Origin: a virus
Lineage: Duplodnaviria > Caudoviricetes
IMG/VR virus record: IMGVR_UViG_3300023179_000184
Coordinates: 1 to 44,470 of that record
Direction: 5' to 3' (one strand)
DNA length: 44,470 nucleotides
Shown here: positions 1 through 7,308 of the stretch, in pieces
Numbering within the stretch: position 1 is the first letter of the stretch
How the letters are laid out: each line of letters starts with the position of its first letter
Notes under the pieces: generated by a model
Databases searched by the model: none
Seen by the model: the letters and a program-made list of their open reading frames with translations, nothing else
Told to the model about the DNA's origin: nothing
Made by a program: the position numbers and the translations under genes

Positions 1-111
1 TAGTTTTTTGTATAGAGCCATAAGTTCATCAAACTCGCTCTCTAACATAGTATCGCTCTCGGCAATACGCATAAGTTCCTTGTATCTAAGTTTCATTTCT
101 ATTAGTGTCAT
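1..111 (-). CDS. small hypothetical protein, partial (runs off left edge): MTLIEMKLRYKELMRIAESDTMLESEFDELMALYKKL...
   Basis: Read manually (not in ORF track). ATG at 111, AGAAAGG RBS at 118-124 on minus strand, TTGACA at 163-168 upstream, frame open to base 1. Confidence 0.6.
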   Translation of the reverse strand, partial: MTLIEMKLRYKELMRIAESDTMLESEFDELMALYKKL

Positions 112-200
112 TTTTGACCTTTCTTTTTTATCTATAACTATCTAATCATACTTTTAGCAATTTGTCAATAGCAAAACGCTTATTGTTATCATTTTGTTAT

Positions 201-314
201 CTATTGTTTACTTAGTAAATACTTGACTAGGTTTCTTTCGGCAGGGGTTAGTTTGATACCTGCTCTGGCATACTTGGCTAACATCTGGGTTAGTTCTGTC
301 TTTTTATCTTTCAT
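201..314 (-). CDS. 37-aa hypothetical protein MKDKKTELTQMLAKYARAGIKLTPAERNLVKYLLSKQ
   Basis: Read manually. ATG lies 6 nt downstream of a TATAGT -10 box (321-326), the same leaderless geometry as other genes here; stop TAG at 201-203. Confidence 0.55.
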   Translation of the reverse strand: MKDKKTELTQMLAKYARAGIKLTPAERNLVKYLLSKQ

Positions 315-320
315 AGTATT

Positions 321-329
321 ACTATACAC
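321..329 (-). promoter_or_regulatory. -10 promoter element GTGTATAGT (leaderless)
   Basis: Variant of the recurrent -10 motif, 6 nt from ATG at 314. Confidence 0.5.
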
Positions 330-611
330 CTAACCACTGACATTTGACCCTGCGACACGCCCAAAAATAGCCATTGTGGATAAGAATTAACCTAGTAAAT
401 TTTTGGGGCGCAATCAAAAAAAGGGTAGCGTGTGGGGGTGCCATCGTGCCACATTTTGTATAACTCAGGGTAACGTGTACCCTATGTGTGCTCACTAAAT
501 TTGGGTAACGTGTGATGTATATCCGTGTATCATACACACAAGCAAAATATTCAGAAATGTATCAAAATGAAATATAAAAAATTTTTCAGATTTTGGCGGT
601 ATGCAGAAATC

Positions 612-836
612 CTATTTCCTCTTGACATAATAAGAACCAAACTTGTCATACTTCACATACCAATATGCCTTACATTTACGACATTGCCAATCTTGTTTGT
701 CATGGAAATACATGTTATATGGAACATTGCAGTGGTGTATTTTGTTGGGGGTATCACGAAACTTCAGTTGATGATGTAAATATCCAATAGCACCAACAAA
801 CAACATAATAGTTAGAATAATTACTAATATTTCCAT
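612..836 (-). CDS. small membrane-anchored protein with Cys/His cluster (possible Zn ribbon)
   Basis: N-terminal hydrophobic helix (ILVIILTIMLFVGAIG), HHC and WQCRKC motifs; TAATG coupling with the upstream ORF at 836. Confidence 0.65.
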   Translation of the reverse strand: MEILVIILTIMLFVGAIGYLHHQLKFRDTPNKIHHCNVPYNMYFHDKQDWQCRKCKAYWYVKYDKFGSYYVKRK

Positions 837-1018
837 TATGGTAGCCTAACGTCTGGGGTATTGCGAAGCAATCCATGCTCAATCAGCCAATAATTAACTA
901 ACTTATAAGACACTTTGTTCTGATTGGCTATGTCTTTTGATGTCATCTTGGCTGCTATGCATGCTTCAAGATATTCTTTTGATTCATAATGCTTGACGTA
1001 TTGTACATTTTCGTCCAT
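836..1018 (-). CDS. small helix-turn-helix DNA-binding protein
   Basis: MTSKDIANQNKVSYKLVNYWLIEHGL fits an HTH pattern; GAAAGAGAGAG RBS and TGCTATAAT promoter upstream. Confidence 0.7.
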   Translation of the reverse strand: MDENVQYVKHYESKEYLEACIAAKMTSKDIANQNKVSYKLVNYWLIEHGLLRNTPDVRLP

Positions 1019-1044
1019 ATTGCTCTCTCTTTCGGTAGAATTCT

Positions 1045-1053
1045 ATTATAGCA
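1045..1053 (-). promoter_or_regulatory. extended -10 promoter TGCTATAAT
   Basis: Exact motif on the minus strand upstream of the HTH gene. Confidence 0.65.
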
Positions 1054-1235
1054 TAAAAAAGGGCATATCGAAATAGGGGATATGGGGTGAAAAGGTCTGT
1101 ATGGGGCATTTAAACCCTTATTTGCCCTATTTGGCAATTTGTTGCATGTTTGGCATTAGGGGGGTTTGGTGCTTCTATTTCGACCGTTTTTAAATTCCCG
1201 AAACTCTCGCAAAAACCGTGTATAATAATACTATT

Positions 1236-1529
1236 ATGACAATTGCAGACTGGGCTGGCTTAATCTTAACAGCGTTATCTATTATCGCACTTACCGTTGG
1301 CGGAATCAGATGGTTTATTCAAGCCGAAATCAAAGTCCTTTCAGCCGAACTTAAAGAAGACCTTTCAGAACTAAAGCCTAATAGTGGGTCATCAATGAAA
1401 GACCAGGTTAATCGTTTAGAAGAAAAATCAAATAAATTAGAAGAAAAGATTGATGGTTTATATACAATTCTAGTTACTGAAGGTGTCAAAACACAAAAGA
1501 AAACCAAATCAGAAAAAACCGAACTTTGA
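1236..1529 (+). CDS. holin-like / membrane protein with single TM helix and coiled coil
   Basis: TM segment WAGLILTALSIIALTVGGIRW, then LKPNSGSSMKDQVNRLE, a PNxGSSxxDxVxR motif common in actinophage small membrane proteins. Start moved to ATG 1236 because GTG 1218 is part of the -10 box. Confidence 0.65.
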   Translation: MTIADWAGLILTALSIIALTVGGIRWFIQAEIKVLSAELKEDLSELKPNSGSSMKDQVNRLEEKSNKLEEKIDGLYTILVTEGVKTQKKTKSEKTEL

Positions 1530-1664
1530 TTATTATTATTTAATATATAAACTATACTATATATTAATATATTATATATAAGTTATATATCCCCAACAAA
1601 AGGTATTAAAAGGGTATCACACTTTTTCAAATTTGTCAAATGAAACACAGAAATCCCTTATAAA

Positions 1665-1673
1665 TGGTATAAT
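1665..1673 (+). promoter_or_regulatory. extended -10 promoter TGGTATAAT in front of a hairpin rather than an ORF
   Basis: Exact motif; the hairpin starts about 8 nt downstream. Confidence 0.6.
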
Positions 1674-1679
1674 TAACCA

Positions 1680-1736
1680 TAGAGCCAGTGTCCAATACTC
1701 TCTCTCATACCCACTTTGGACACTGGTTTCTTTATT
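1680..1736 (+). ncRNA. candidate small hairpin RNA (or leader attenuator)
   Basis: Perfect 11-bp stem CCAGTGTCCAA (1685-1695)/TTGGACACTGG (1716-1726), 20-nt C/T-rich loop and T-rich tail. It has its own promoter, and the next gene has a separate -10 box at 1743-1748. Confidence 0.4.
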
Positions 1737-1754
1737 ATGGTGTATAATGAGTAT

Positions 1755-2150
1755 ATGTCTTGTTCTTCATGCTCGTCTGATTCCCCGATTTTAATTGGTG
1801 CAGACCCTCAAAACGTCAAATGGACCGTAGTCCGTGGTGATGATATCTCTGCCAAGTTTGAGTGGTATGAAGATGATGGAACTACCCCTAAGAATACCAC
1901 AGGATGGACATATGCTGCAAGTGCCTATGACCCTAAAACAGCAACCAAGTATACTCTGACTACGACTGCTGGTTCTGGATATGTTATTGTTAGTGCAGCA
2001 AACACAATGACAGATGATTGGGGAACTGGAAGTTCCAACATCGTAGCCGAACTTATTTTTGACCTAGAAGTAACTATTTCTAGCAAAAAATGGACTCCAG
2101 TTATCGGAACAATTGTAGTTCGTTCTGACATTACTGGGAGTGCCTTGTAA
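1755..2150 (+). CDS. small beta-rich virion structural protein (baseplate/fibre-associated)
   Basis: WTVVRGDD...TTGWT...FDLEVT...GTIVVRSDIT pattern resembles phage beta-sandwich fibre-associated proteins. Likely start is ATG 1755, 6 nt after TATAAT 1743-1748. Confidence 0.6.
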   Translation: MSCSSCSSDSPILIGADPQNVKWTVVRGDDISAKFEWYEDDGTTPKNTTGWTYAASAYDPKTATKYTLTTTAGSGYVIVSAANTMTDDWGTGSSNIVAELIFDLEVTISSKKWTPVIGTIVVRSDITGSAL

Positions 2151-2758
2151 TGACTACTTTTAAGATTATTCCAGATACTACACAAACTGCAACAATTAAG
2201 GCAGTTTCTACTACTGAACCCTCAAACGTTGGCATTGTCCCTATTCCTGGACCAGTGGGACCACAAGGAATACAGGGAGAGGTTGGACCACAGGGACCTG
2301 CACTTAATCCAACAGCAGTTAGATGGTCTCCTACATTCCAAGCAACAGGACTAACTTTTACAGGCTCCAATTCTACTTATCCCACCTACAACTCTTATTA
2401 CATTAAGGTTGGTCAATTAGTTACTTTTAACATTAAGATTCAAATGACTACCGTGACAAATTTTGGAACTGGTCAATTTAAGGTCGATTTGCCATTTGCT
2501 CCAATTGCATCTGCTGCAAATCACTTTTCTGCATGGGCTTGGGTAGACCCATCTCAGCCAGCAGACGAACTTAATGGACATGTTCAGATGGTTGCTGACC
2601 ATCTACCTGGTTCTCAAACTCTAGATTTACACTGGCTAAAAGAAACTACAGCAAGCCCAAAACCACTTATTGAAAGCCTACTTTCTCAAGGCAATCCGAC
2701 AACGTTTACTACAGCCAGCATATTCTATGTCAATGGCACATACATAGCAGCCTCTTAG
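2150..2758 (+). CDS. collagen-repeat-containing minor tail/fibre protein
   Basis: GPVGPQGIQGEVGPQGP Gly-X-Y repeats followed by a beta domain (YIKVGQLVTFNI...LPF...GTY) typical of fibre tips; TAATG overlap with the previous gene. Confidence 0.75.
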   Translation: MTTFKIIPDTTQTATIKAVSTTEPSNVGIVPIPGPVGPQGIQGEVGPQGPALNPTAVRWSPTFQATGLTFTGSNSTYPTYNSYYIKVGQLVTFNIKIQMTTVTNFGTGQFKVDLPFAPIASAANHFSAWAWVDPSQPADELNGHVQMVADHLPGSQTLDLHWLKETTASPKPLIESLLSQGNPTTFTTASIFYVNGTYIAAS

Positions 2759-2767
2759 TGCTATAAT
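2759..2767 (+). promoter_or_regulatory. extended -10 promoter TGCTATAAT
   Basis: Exact motif directly after the previous stop codon; AAAGGA RBS follows. Confidence 0.65.
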
Positions 2768-2791
2768 AGATACTGAACAAAGGATTTAAGT

Positions 2792-3838
2792 ATGAAAATT
2801 GCGGTATACACAATTGCCCTTAATGAAGAAGATAACATTCAAGAATGGTATGAATCTGCCAAAGATGCAGACTACCTGTTTATTGCTGATACTGGTTCTA
2901 CAGATAAGACTATAAGACTTGCTAAAAAACTGGGTATCAATGTTGCAAAAATCTCTGTTAAGCCATGGCGTTTTGATGATGCTCGCAATGCTGCTCTTGC
3001 TTTACTACCAGATGACATCGATATATGTGTTTCACTTGACCTAGATGAAAGATTGTCTGAAGGTTGGAGAGAAGACTTGGAATCGATTGACCCAAGTTTT
3101 ACTCAATTGCAATATAAATATGTCTGGTCTTGGAGAGACCCACAATCAAGAACTCAACCACAGGTAGAATACTTGTTAAATAAAATACATGCAAGGCACG
3201 GATATAGATGGAAATACCTTGTCCACGAATTAGTTTTTCCAGATAGAAATGAAAATCATAAAGAAGGTTTATTAGAAAAACTTCAAATTCATCACTACTC
3301 AAATCAGTATGAAAACAACAATAAGTATGGTGATATGATTTTGGCTGCCTTTGAGGAAGAAAAAGATGATAAAAGATATTGGATATACAAGATAGGTGTT
3401 TTGCTAACAAAGGATAAAAAAGAGGGTAAAAATACTATTTTAGAATATTTAAAAAAGTTTAAAGATGATTTAGAACCAGTAGAAAAAGCAAGACAATATA
3501 AAAACCTATTTATATGCACATTGAACAAAAGATATCTGTATAAAGCCCATAGAGAATTTCCAGAAGAAAGAGAGTTTATGGTAGATATCGCTATGATTAG
3601 TTTTATCAAGAAAAAGTATAGAAAGTCTAGAAAATACTGTAAGAAAGCCCTAAAGATTACAACAAGAAAACTTGATTACGAATATAAAGAGTATGCTTGG
3701 GGATATCTTGCTAAAAATATGCTGTATGTATGTAATCATAACCTTAAATTTAGAAATAGAAAGGACCAACTTCACCTGAACGTCAATTCTATAACATCGT
3801 CTAGTTTTGACTTATTTAAAGATGAAGTTGTGCTATAA
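2792..3838 (+). CDS. family 2 glycosyltransferase with C-terminal helical (TPR-like) region
   Basis: IAVYTIALNEE, ADTGSTD, FDDARN, LDLDE (DxD) and VHE motifs of GT2/GT-A fold. Confidence 0.9.
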   Translation: MKIAVYTIALNEEDNIQEWYESAKDADYLFIADTGSTDKTIRLAKKLGINVAKISVKPWRFDDARNAALALLPDDIDICVSLDLDERLSEGWREDLESIDPSFTQLQYKYVWSWRDPQSRTQPQVEYLLNKIHARHGYRWKYLVHELVFPDRNENHKEGLLEKLQIHHYSNQYENNNKYGDMILAAFEEEKDDKRYWIYKIGVLLTKDKKEGKNTILEYLKKFKDDLEPVEKARQYKNLFICTLNKRYLYKAHREFPEEREFMVDIAMISFIKKKYRKSRKYCKKALKITTRKLDYEYKEYAWGYLAKNMLYVCNHNLKFRNRKDQLHLNVNSITSSSFDLFKDEVVL

Positions 3839-3839
3839 T
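3831..3839 (+). promoter_or_regulatory. extended -10 promoter TGCTATAAT (leaderless)
   Basis: Overlaps the GT stop codon; ATG 3846 is 6 nt downstream, with no SD. Confidence 0.65.
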
Positions 3840-3845
3840 TAACGT

Positions 3846-6296
3846 ATGGCTACTCAAATAGGTTCAGGCACAGGGCTGCTTGCCACATACATTCCAGACT
3901 TAGCAGATACCGCAAATATTCAAACTGCGTTAAAGCAACTATACTATGGAACAACTAATGCAACATTAAGCACTTCTACTGGTGTTTATGGTGCTTTGTA
4001 TCAGATTTTTTCTGGTACCCCAACTTTTGCTGGAAGTCCAACCTTTAGTGGTAGCGTACTATTTTCAGATACGGATGCTGTAACTCTTGCATCAACTACT
4101 CATGCAATTCAGATTGGACCAACAGCGTCTGTAAATCTTGCAATGAGTCCTGCAATAATTCAGGGAAGAAATAATGGTGCTGCATCTGCGTTAAGCATTA
4201 ACTCACTTGGTGGAAACATCACTCTTGGAAACTCTAGTTCTACAGTTACAATTACTGGAGACCTGATTGTTTCTGGTAATACGACTACACTTAATACAGC
4301 AACACTTGATGTAGAAGATATTGAAATTACACTTGGAAACGTAGCAAGCCCTTCAAACACTACTGCAAATGGTGGTGGAATTAGACTAGAAGCAGGTTTA
4401 GATGTTGATAAAACAATTACTTGGGATTCAACTAACGCTAACTGGACAACATCAGAAAACTGGAATATTGCAACAGGAAAAACTCTTAAAATTAATAACG
4501 TCAATATTGCTTCTGGAACAGGTGCTGCATTAGTTCTTGGTGCCAATGCATCGACATCACTTGCTATTGGAAATACCGCAGGAACAACTACTATTAATGG
4601 AACATTGGCAGTAAACAACCCAAACAGAACAATGGCATACTTGATGGGATACACATCTACCGTTACTGCTGGAGGAACAACAACCCTAGATAATACAAGT
4701 TCATATTATCAGCAATTTACTGGAACCTCAAATCAAACAGTTGTTTTACCAGTAACAACATCAAACTTTTCTACAGGATGGACATTCCATATTGTAAATA
4801 ATAGTACAGGAACAATTACAGTACAGGCATCAGACACATCTGCAGTGATTACAGTACCATCTACAACTACTGCAATGGTTACTTGCATTAGCACAGGTGT
4901 AACATCTAATGCTGCTTGGGAATCTGGCATTACTGACTTTAGTGGATATACTGGTTCTGGAAACGTAGTCATGGCTACCTCGCCAACTTTTGCAACATCA
5001 ATTATTGGTTCTGCATCTATGGATGTATTTAATACCGTAAGCAGCACTTTAAATATTGGTGCAGCAGCAACAACACTTTCTATTGGACACAATACAGCAA
5101 CAAAAACTTTGAATATTGGTACTCTCGGAACAACAGCAACAACTACAACCATCAACATAGGTTCTGCAGTTGGAACAACTGCTGTATCCAACATTAGCCT
5201 AAGCGGTAAAATCTCTAGACCATCGACATCTCAAAACGTATCTTCTTGGACTACATCTGGACAGGCTTTTGACATTGCAGCAGCAACATTTACAGACACA
5301 TCTGGTGCTGGAACTATTGCACAAAGGGTTGTCAATTCTTTCAATACCCCAACTTTAGCAGCATCTACATCAGTAACTCTAACTGATGCTGCAAACGTAT
5401 ATATTTCTGCAGCCCCAACTGCAAGCACAAATACAACTATTACAAATGGACATGCACTATGGGTTGGAGGTCAAACAAGAATTGATGGAAATATTGTTAC
5501 TGGTTCTGCCAGCGTAAACCTATTAAACACAACAGCGACCACCCTAAGTATTGGTGGAGCAGCAACAACATTTACTCTTGGTTCAACGACTGCAGGAACC
5601 ACAACAGTACAGGCTGGAACAACATTAAACTTAAATGCTCCAACAATTGCTACAAACGTAACATCTGGAACATTGGCGTTATTCAATACAGGTTTGACTG
5701 GAACATTAAACTTTGCTGGTGCAGCAACAACTATTGCTGTTGGAAATACAACTACTGCTGCTCAAACAGTAAACATTGGTACAGCATCTACAGGTGCTTC
5801 TACTTATAACATTGGAACTGGAGCAACAGTTTCTGGAACAATTAAAACAGTTGCTGTAGGAGGTTCTGGTGCATCTGGTTCAATTACAAACGTAACAGTT
5901 GGTTCTGTCGTTTCTGGTTCTATCAACAGAGTTATTACTCCAAACACTTTGCATACTTCTTCAACAACAAATACTGGAACATCAGTAACCCTAACAGCAG
6001 CAATGATGTTGACAAAAAATGTTATTCAAACTACCGCTACAACAGCAGTAACATATACTTTAGATACAGGAACAAATCTAGATGGTTCTACTACAACAGG
6101 ATTTAATACTCCAGCAGTAGGAACAACCATTGAATGGAACTTATTTAATGATGCAACAGTTTCAGGAGCAATTACAATTGGCGGAGGAACAAACCACACC
6201 TATTCTGGTAACGCAACAGTGGCTATTGCTACCATGGCAAAATTTCTTACTAGAAAAACTGCAGCAAACACATATATTACTACAAGAATATTCTAG
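3846..6296 (+). CDS. long Thr/Gly/Ala/Ser-rich tail fibre / virion appendage protein
   Basis: 816 aa of low-complexity beta-repeat sequence (TLNIGAAATT-type repeats, VTITGDLIVSGNTTT), typical of phage fibres. Confidence 0.7.
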   Translation: MATQIGSGTGLLATYIPDLADTANIQTALKQLYYGTTNATLSTSTGVYGALYQIFSGTPTFAGSPTFSGSVLFSDTDAVTLASTTHAIQIGPTASVNLAMSPAIIQGRNNGAASALSINSLGGNITLGNSSSTVTITGDLIVSGNTTTLNTATLDVEDIEITLGNVASPSNTTANGGGIRLEAGLDVDKTITWDSTNANWTTSENWNIATGKTLKINNVNIASGTGAALVLGANASTSLAIGNTAGTTTINGTLAVNNPNRTMAYLMGYTSTVTAGGTTTLDNTSSYYQQFTGTSNQTVVLPVTTSNFSTGWTFHIVNNSTGTITVQASDTSAVITVPSTTTAMVTCISTGVTSNAAWESGITDFSGYTGSGNVVMATSPTFATSIIGSASMDVFNTVSSTLNIGAAATTLSIGHNTATKTLNIGTLGTTATTTTINIGSAVGTTAVSNISLSGKISRPSTSQNVSSWTTSGQAFDIAAATFTDTSGAGTIAQRVVNSFNTPTLAASTSVTLTDAANVYISAAPTASTNTTITNGHALWVGGQTRIDGNIVTGSASVNLLNTTATTLSIGGAATTFTLGSTTAGTTTVQAGTTLNLNAPTIATNVTSGTLALFNTGLTGTLNFAGAATTIAVGNTTTAAQTVNIGTASTGASTYNIGTGATVSGTIKTVAVGGSGASGSITNVTVGSVVSGSINRVITPNTLHTSSTTNTGTSVTLTAAMMLTKNVIQTTATTAVTYTLDTGTNLDGSTTTGFNTPAVGTTIEWNLFNDATVSGAITIGGGTNHTYSGNATVAIATMAKFLTRKTAANTYITTRIF

Positions 6297-6841
6297 ATAG
6301 TTGGAACAATTCTTATAAAAACAATTCTGTTATTTTTATAATTAGTTAAAGGTTCAATTATTGTAGTTCCTGCTCCTGAGTTTGCATTAACTACCTTGCC
6401 TTTTCCAATATAGATTGCAGAATGGTAATAACTCTTATATCCTTTATATCCAAATACAACAATGTCTCCAAGTTTTGGAGTCATAACTCTTGTTCCAACT
6501 CTTGCTTGGGCGGTAGCAGAATGAGGCAAAGTTTTTCCAAATTGCTCATACATCCACATAACCATTCCAGAACAGTCCCAACCATATGGGCTAGAACCAG
6601 CAAATACATATGGGGTCTTGTTTACACGATGAAATATTTTCATAATAGTTTCGTGCATTGTTTTTGTATTGTTGCTAATTGTTGCATTGTAAATAAGGCG
6701 AGTACCAACATCAGTTGGATGTTCTGCAACCACCTTTGTAGTAGGTATTTCAATAGCCTGGGATTGAGGGGTAACACAACCAGTCAAAGTCAAACTTAAA
6801 ATTCCTGTAGCGAGTAATCTTTTGATTTTTAAATTATTCAT
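6293..6841 (-). CDS. NlpC/P60 peptidoglycan endopeptidase with lipoprotein signal peptide
   Basis: PYVFAG...DCSG (catalytic Cys), GDIVVF and HSAIYIG (His). N-terminus MNNLKIKRLLATGILSLTLTG-C is a lipobox. AAAGGAGG RBS supports ATG 6841. Confidence 0.9.
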   Translation of the reverse strand: MNNLKIKRLLATGILSLTLTGCVTPQSQAIEIPTTKVVAEHPTDVGTRLIYNATISNNTKTMHETIMKIFHRVNKTPYVFAGSSPYGWDCSGMVMWMYEQFGKTLPHSATAQARVGTRVMTPKLGDIVVFGYKGYKSYYHSAIYIGKGKVVNANSGAGTTIIEPLTNYKNNRIVFIRIVPTI

Positions 6842-6886
6842 ATTTTCCTCCTTTAACGGAAAAACACCTTGTTGAAGGGTGTCGTA

Positions 6887-6939
6887 TATCAATTATACCA
6901 CTATTTGACCAAATATCAAGTTTTATGCTATAATTGATA
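6887..6939. promoter_or_regulatory. back-to-back divergent extended -10 promoters
   Basis: TGGTATAATTGATA on minus (6887-6900) and TGCTATAATTGATA on plus (6926-6939). Confidence 0.7.
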
Positions 6940-6960
6940 CACACTAACCGAAAGGAAATC

Positions 6961-7224
6961 ATGCCACTTGATTTTAAATCTGTTTTAACAACAGACCAGT
7001 TGCGAGGTGTTCTAAATCAGCAAATTCAACAGTTTGCGGTTCAAGGATATCAGCATGAACTAAATAAGATAATTATTGAAAAGAATGCTACACCAGAAAA
7101 CGCAGAAGAGACCCAAAAGAGTCTTGAAGAAGCAGAAAAAAATGTTAAATTACTTTCTTTAGCAATTGAAACATATCTTGCAGAACTTGAAGCACTGCCA
7201 AAACCACAAACTGCTTCAGAATAA
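6961..7224 (+). CDS. small coiled-coil hypothetical protein
   Basis: GAAAGGA RBS at about 6950-6956 supports ATG 6961; helical Q/E/K-rich sequence. Confidence 0.7.
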   Translation: MPLDFKSVLTTDQLRGVLNQQIQQFAVQGYQHELNKIIIEKNATPENAEETQKSLEEAEKNVKLLSLAIETYLAELEALPKPQTASE

Positions 7225-7246
7225 AAAAATAATTCCGATATAGAGA

Positions 7247-7274
7247 TTGACATTTTTCAAAACTGTGGTATACT
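7247..7274 (+). promoter_or_regulatory. sigma70/SigA-type promoter TTGACA-N16-TATACT with TGn extension
   Basis: TTGACA 7247-7252 and TGGTATACT 7266-7274, upstream of nrdJ. Confidence 0.75.
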
Positions 7275-7308
7275 TTATACATCACAGTTATGGAAAGGTG
7301 GAAACACT

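Noticed and set aside
322-779. ORF-track entries 322..537(-) and 525..779(+)
   Set aside because: No RBS or promoter geometry and atypical composition; the second is antisense to a better-supported gene.
955-1137. ORF-track entry 955..1137(-)
   Set aside because: It overlaps the HTH gene and its promoter in another frame, and starts at a TTG with no supporting signals.
6842-6891. c-di-AMP (ydaO) or other riboswitch ahead of the NlpC/P60 gene
   Set aside because: The leader is only about 45 nt, far too short; only a single hairpin is visible.
7225-7308. Cobalamin riboswitch upstream of nrdJ
   Set aside because: The gap is 84 nt and mostly promoter; no B12-box motifs.
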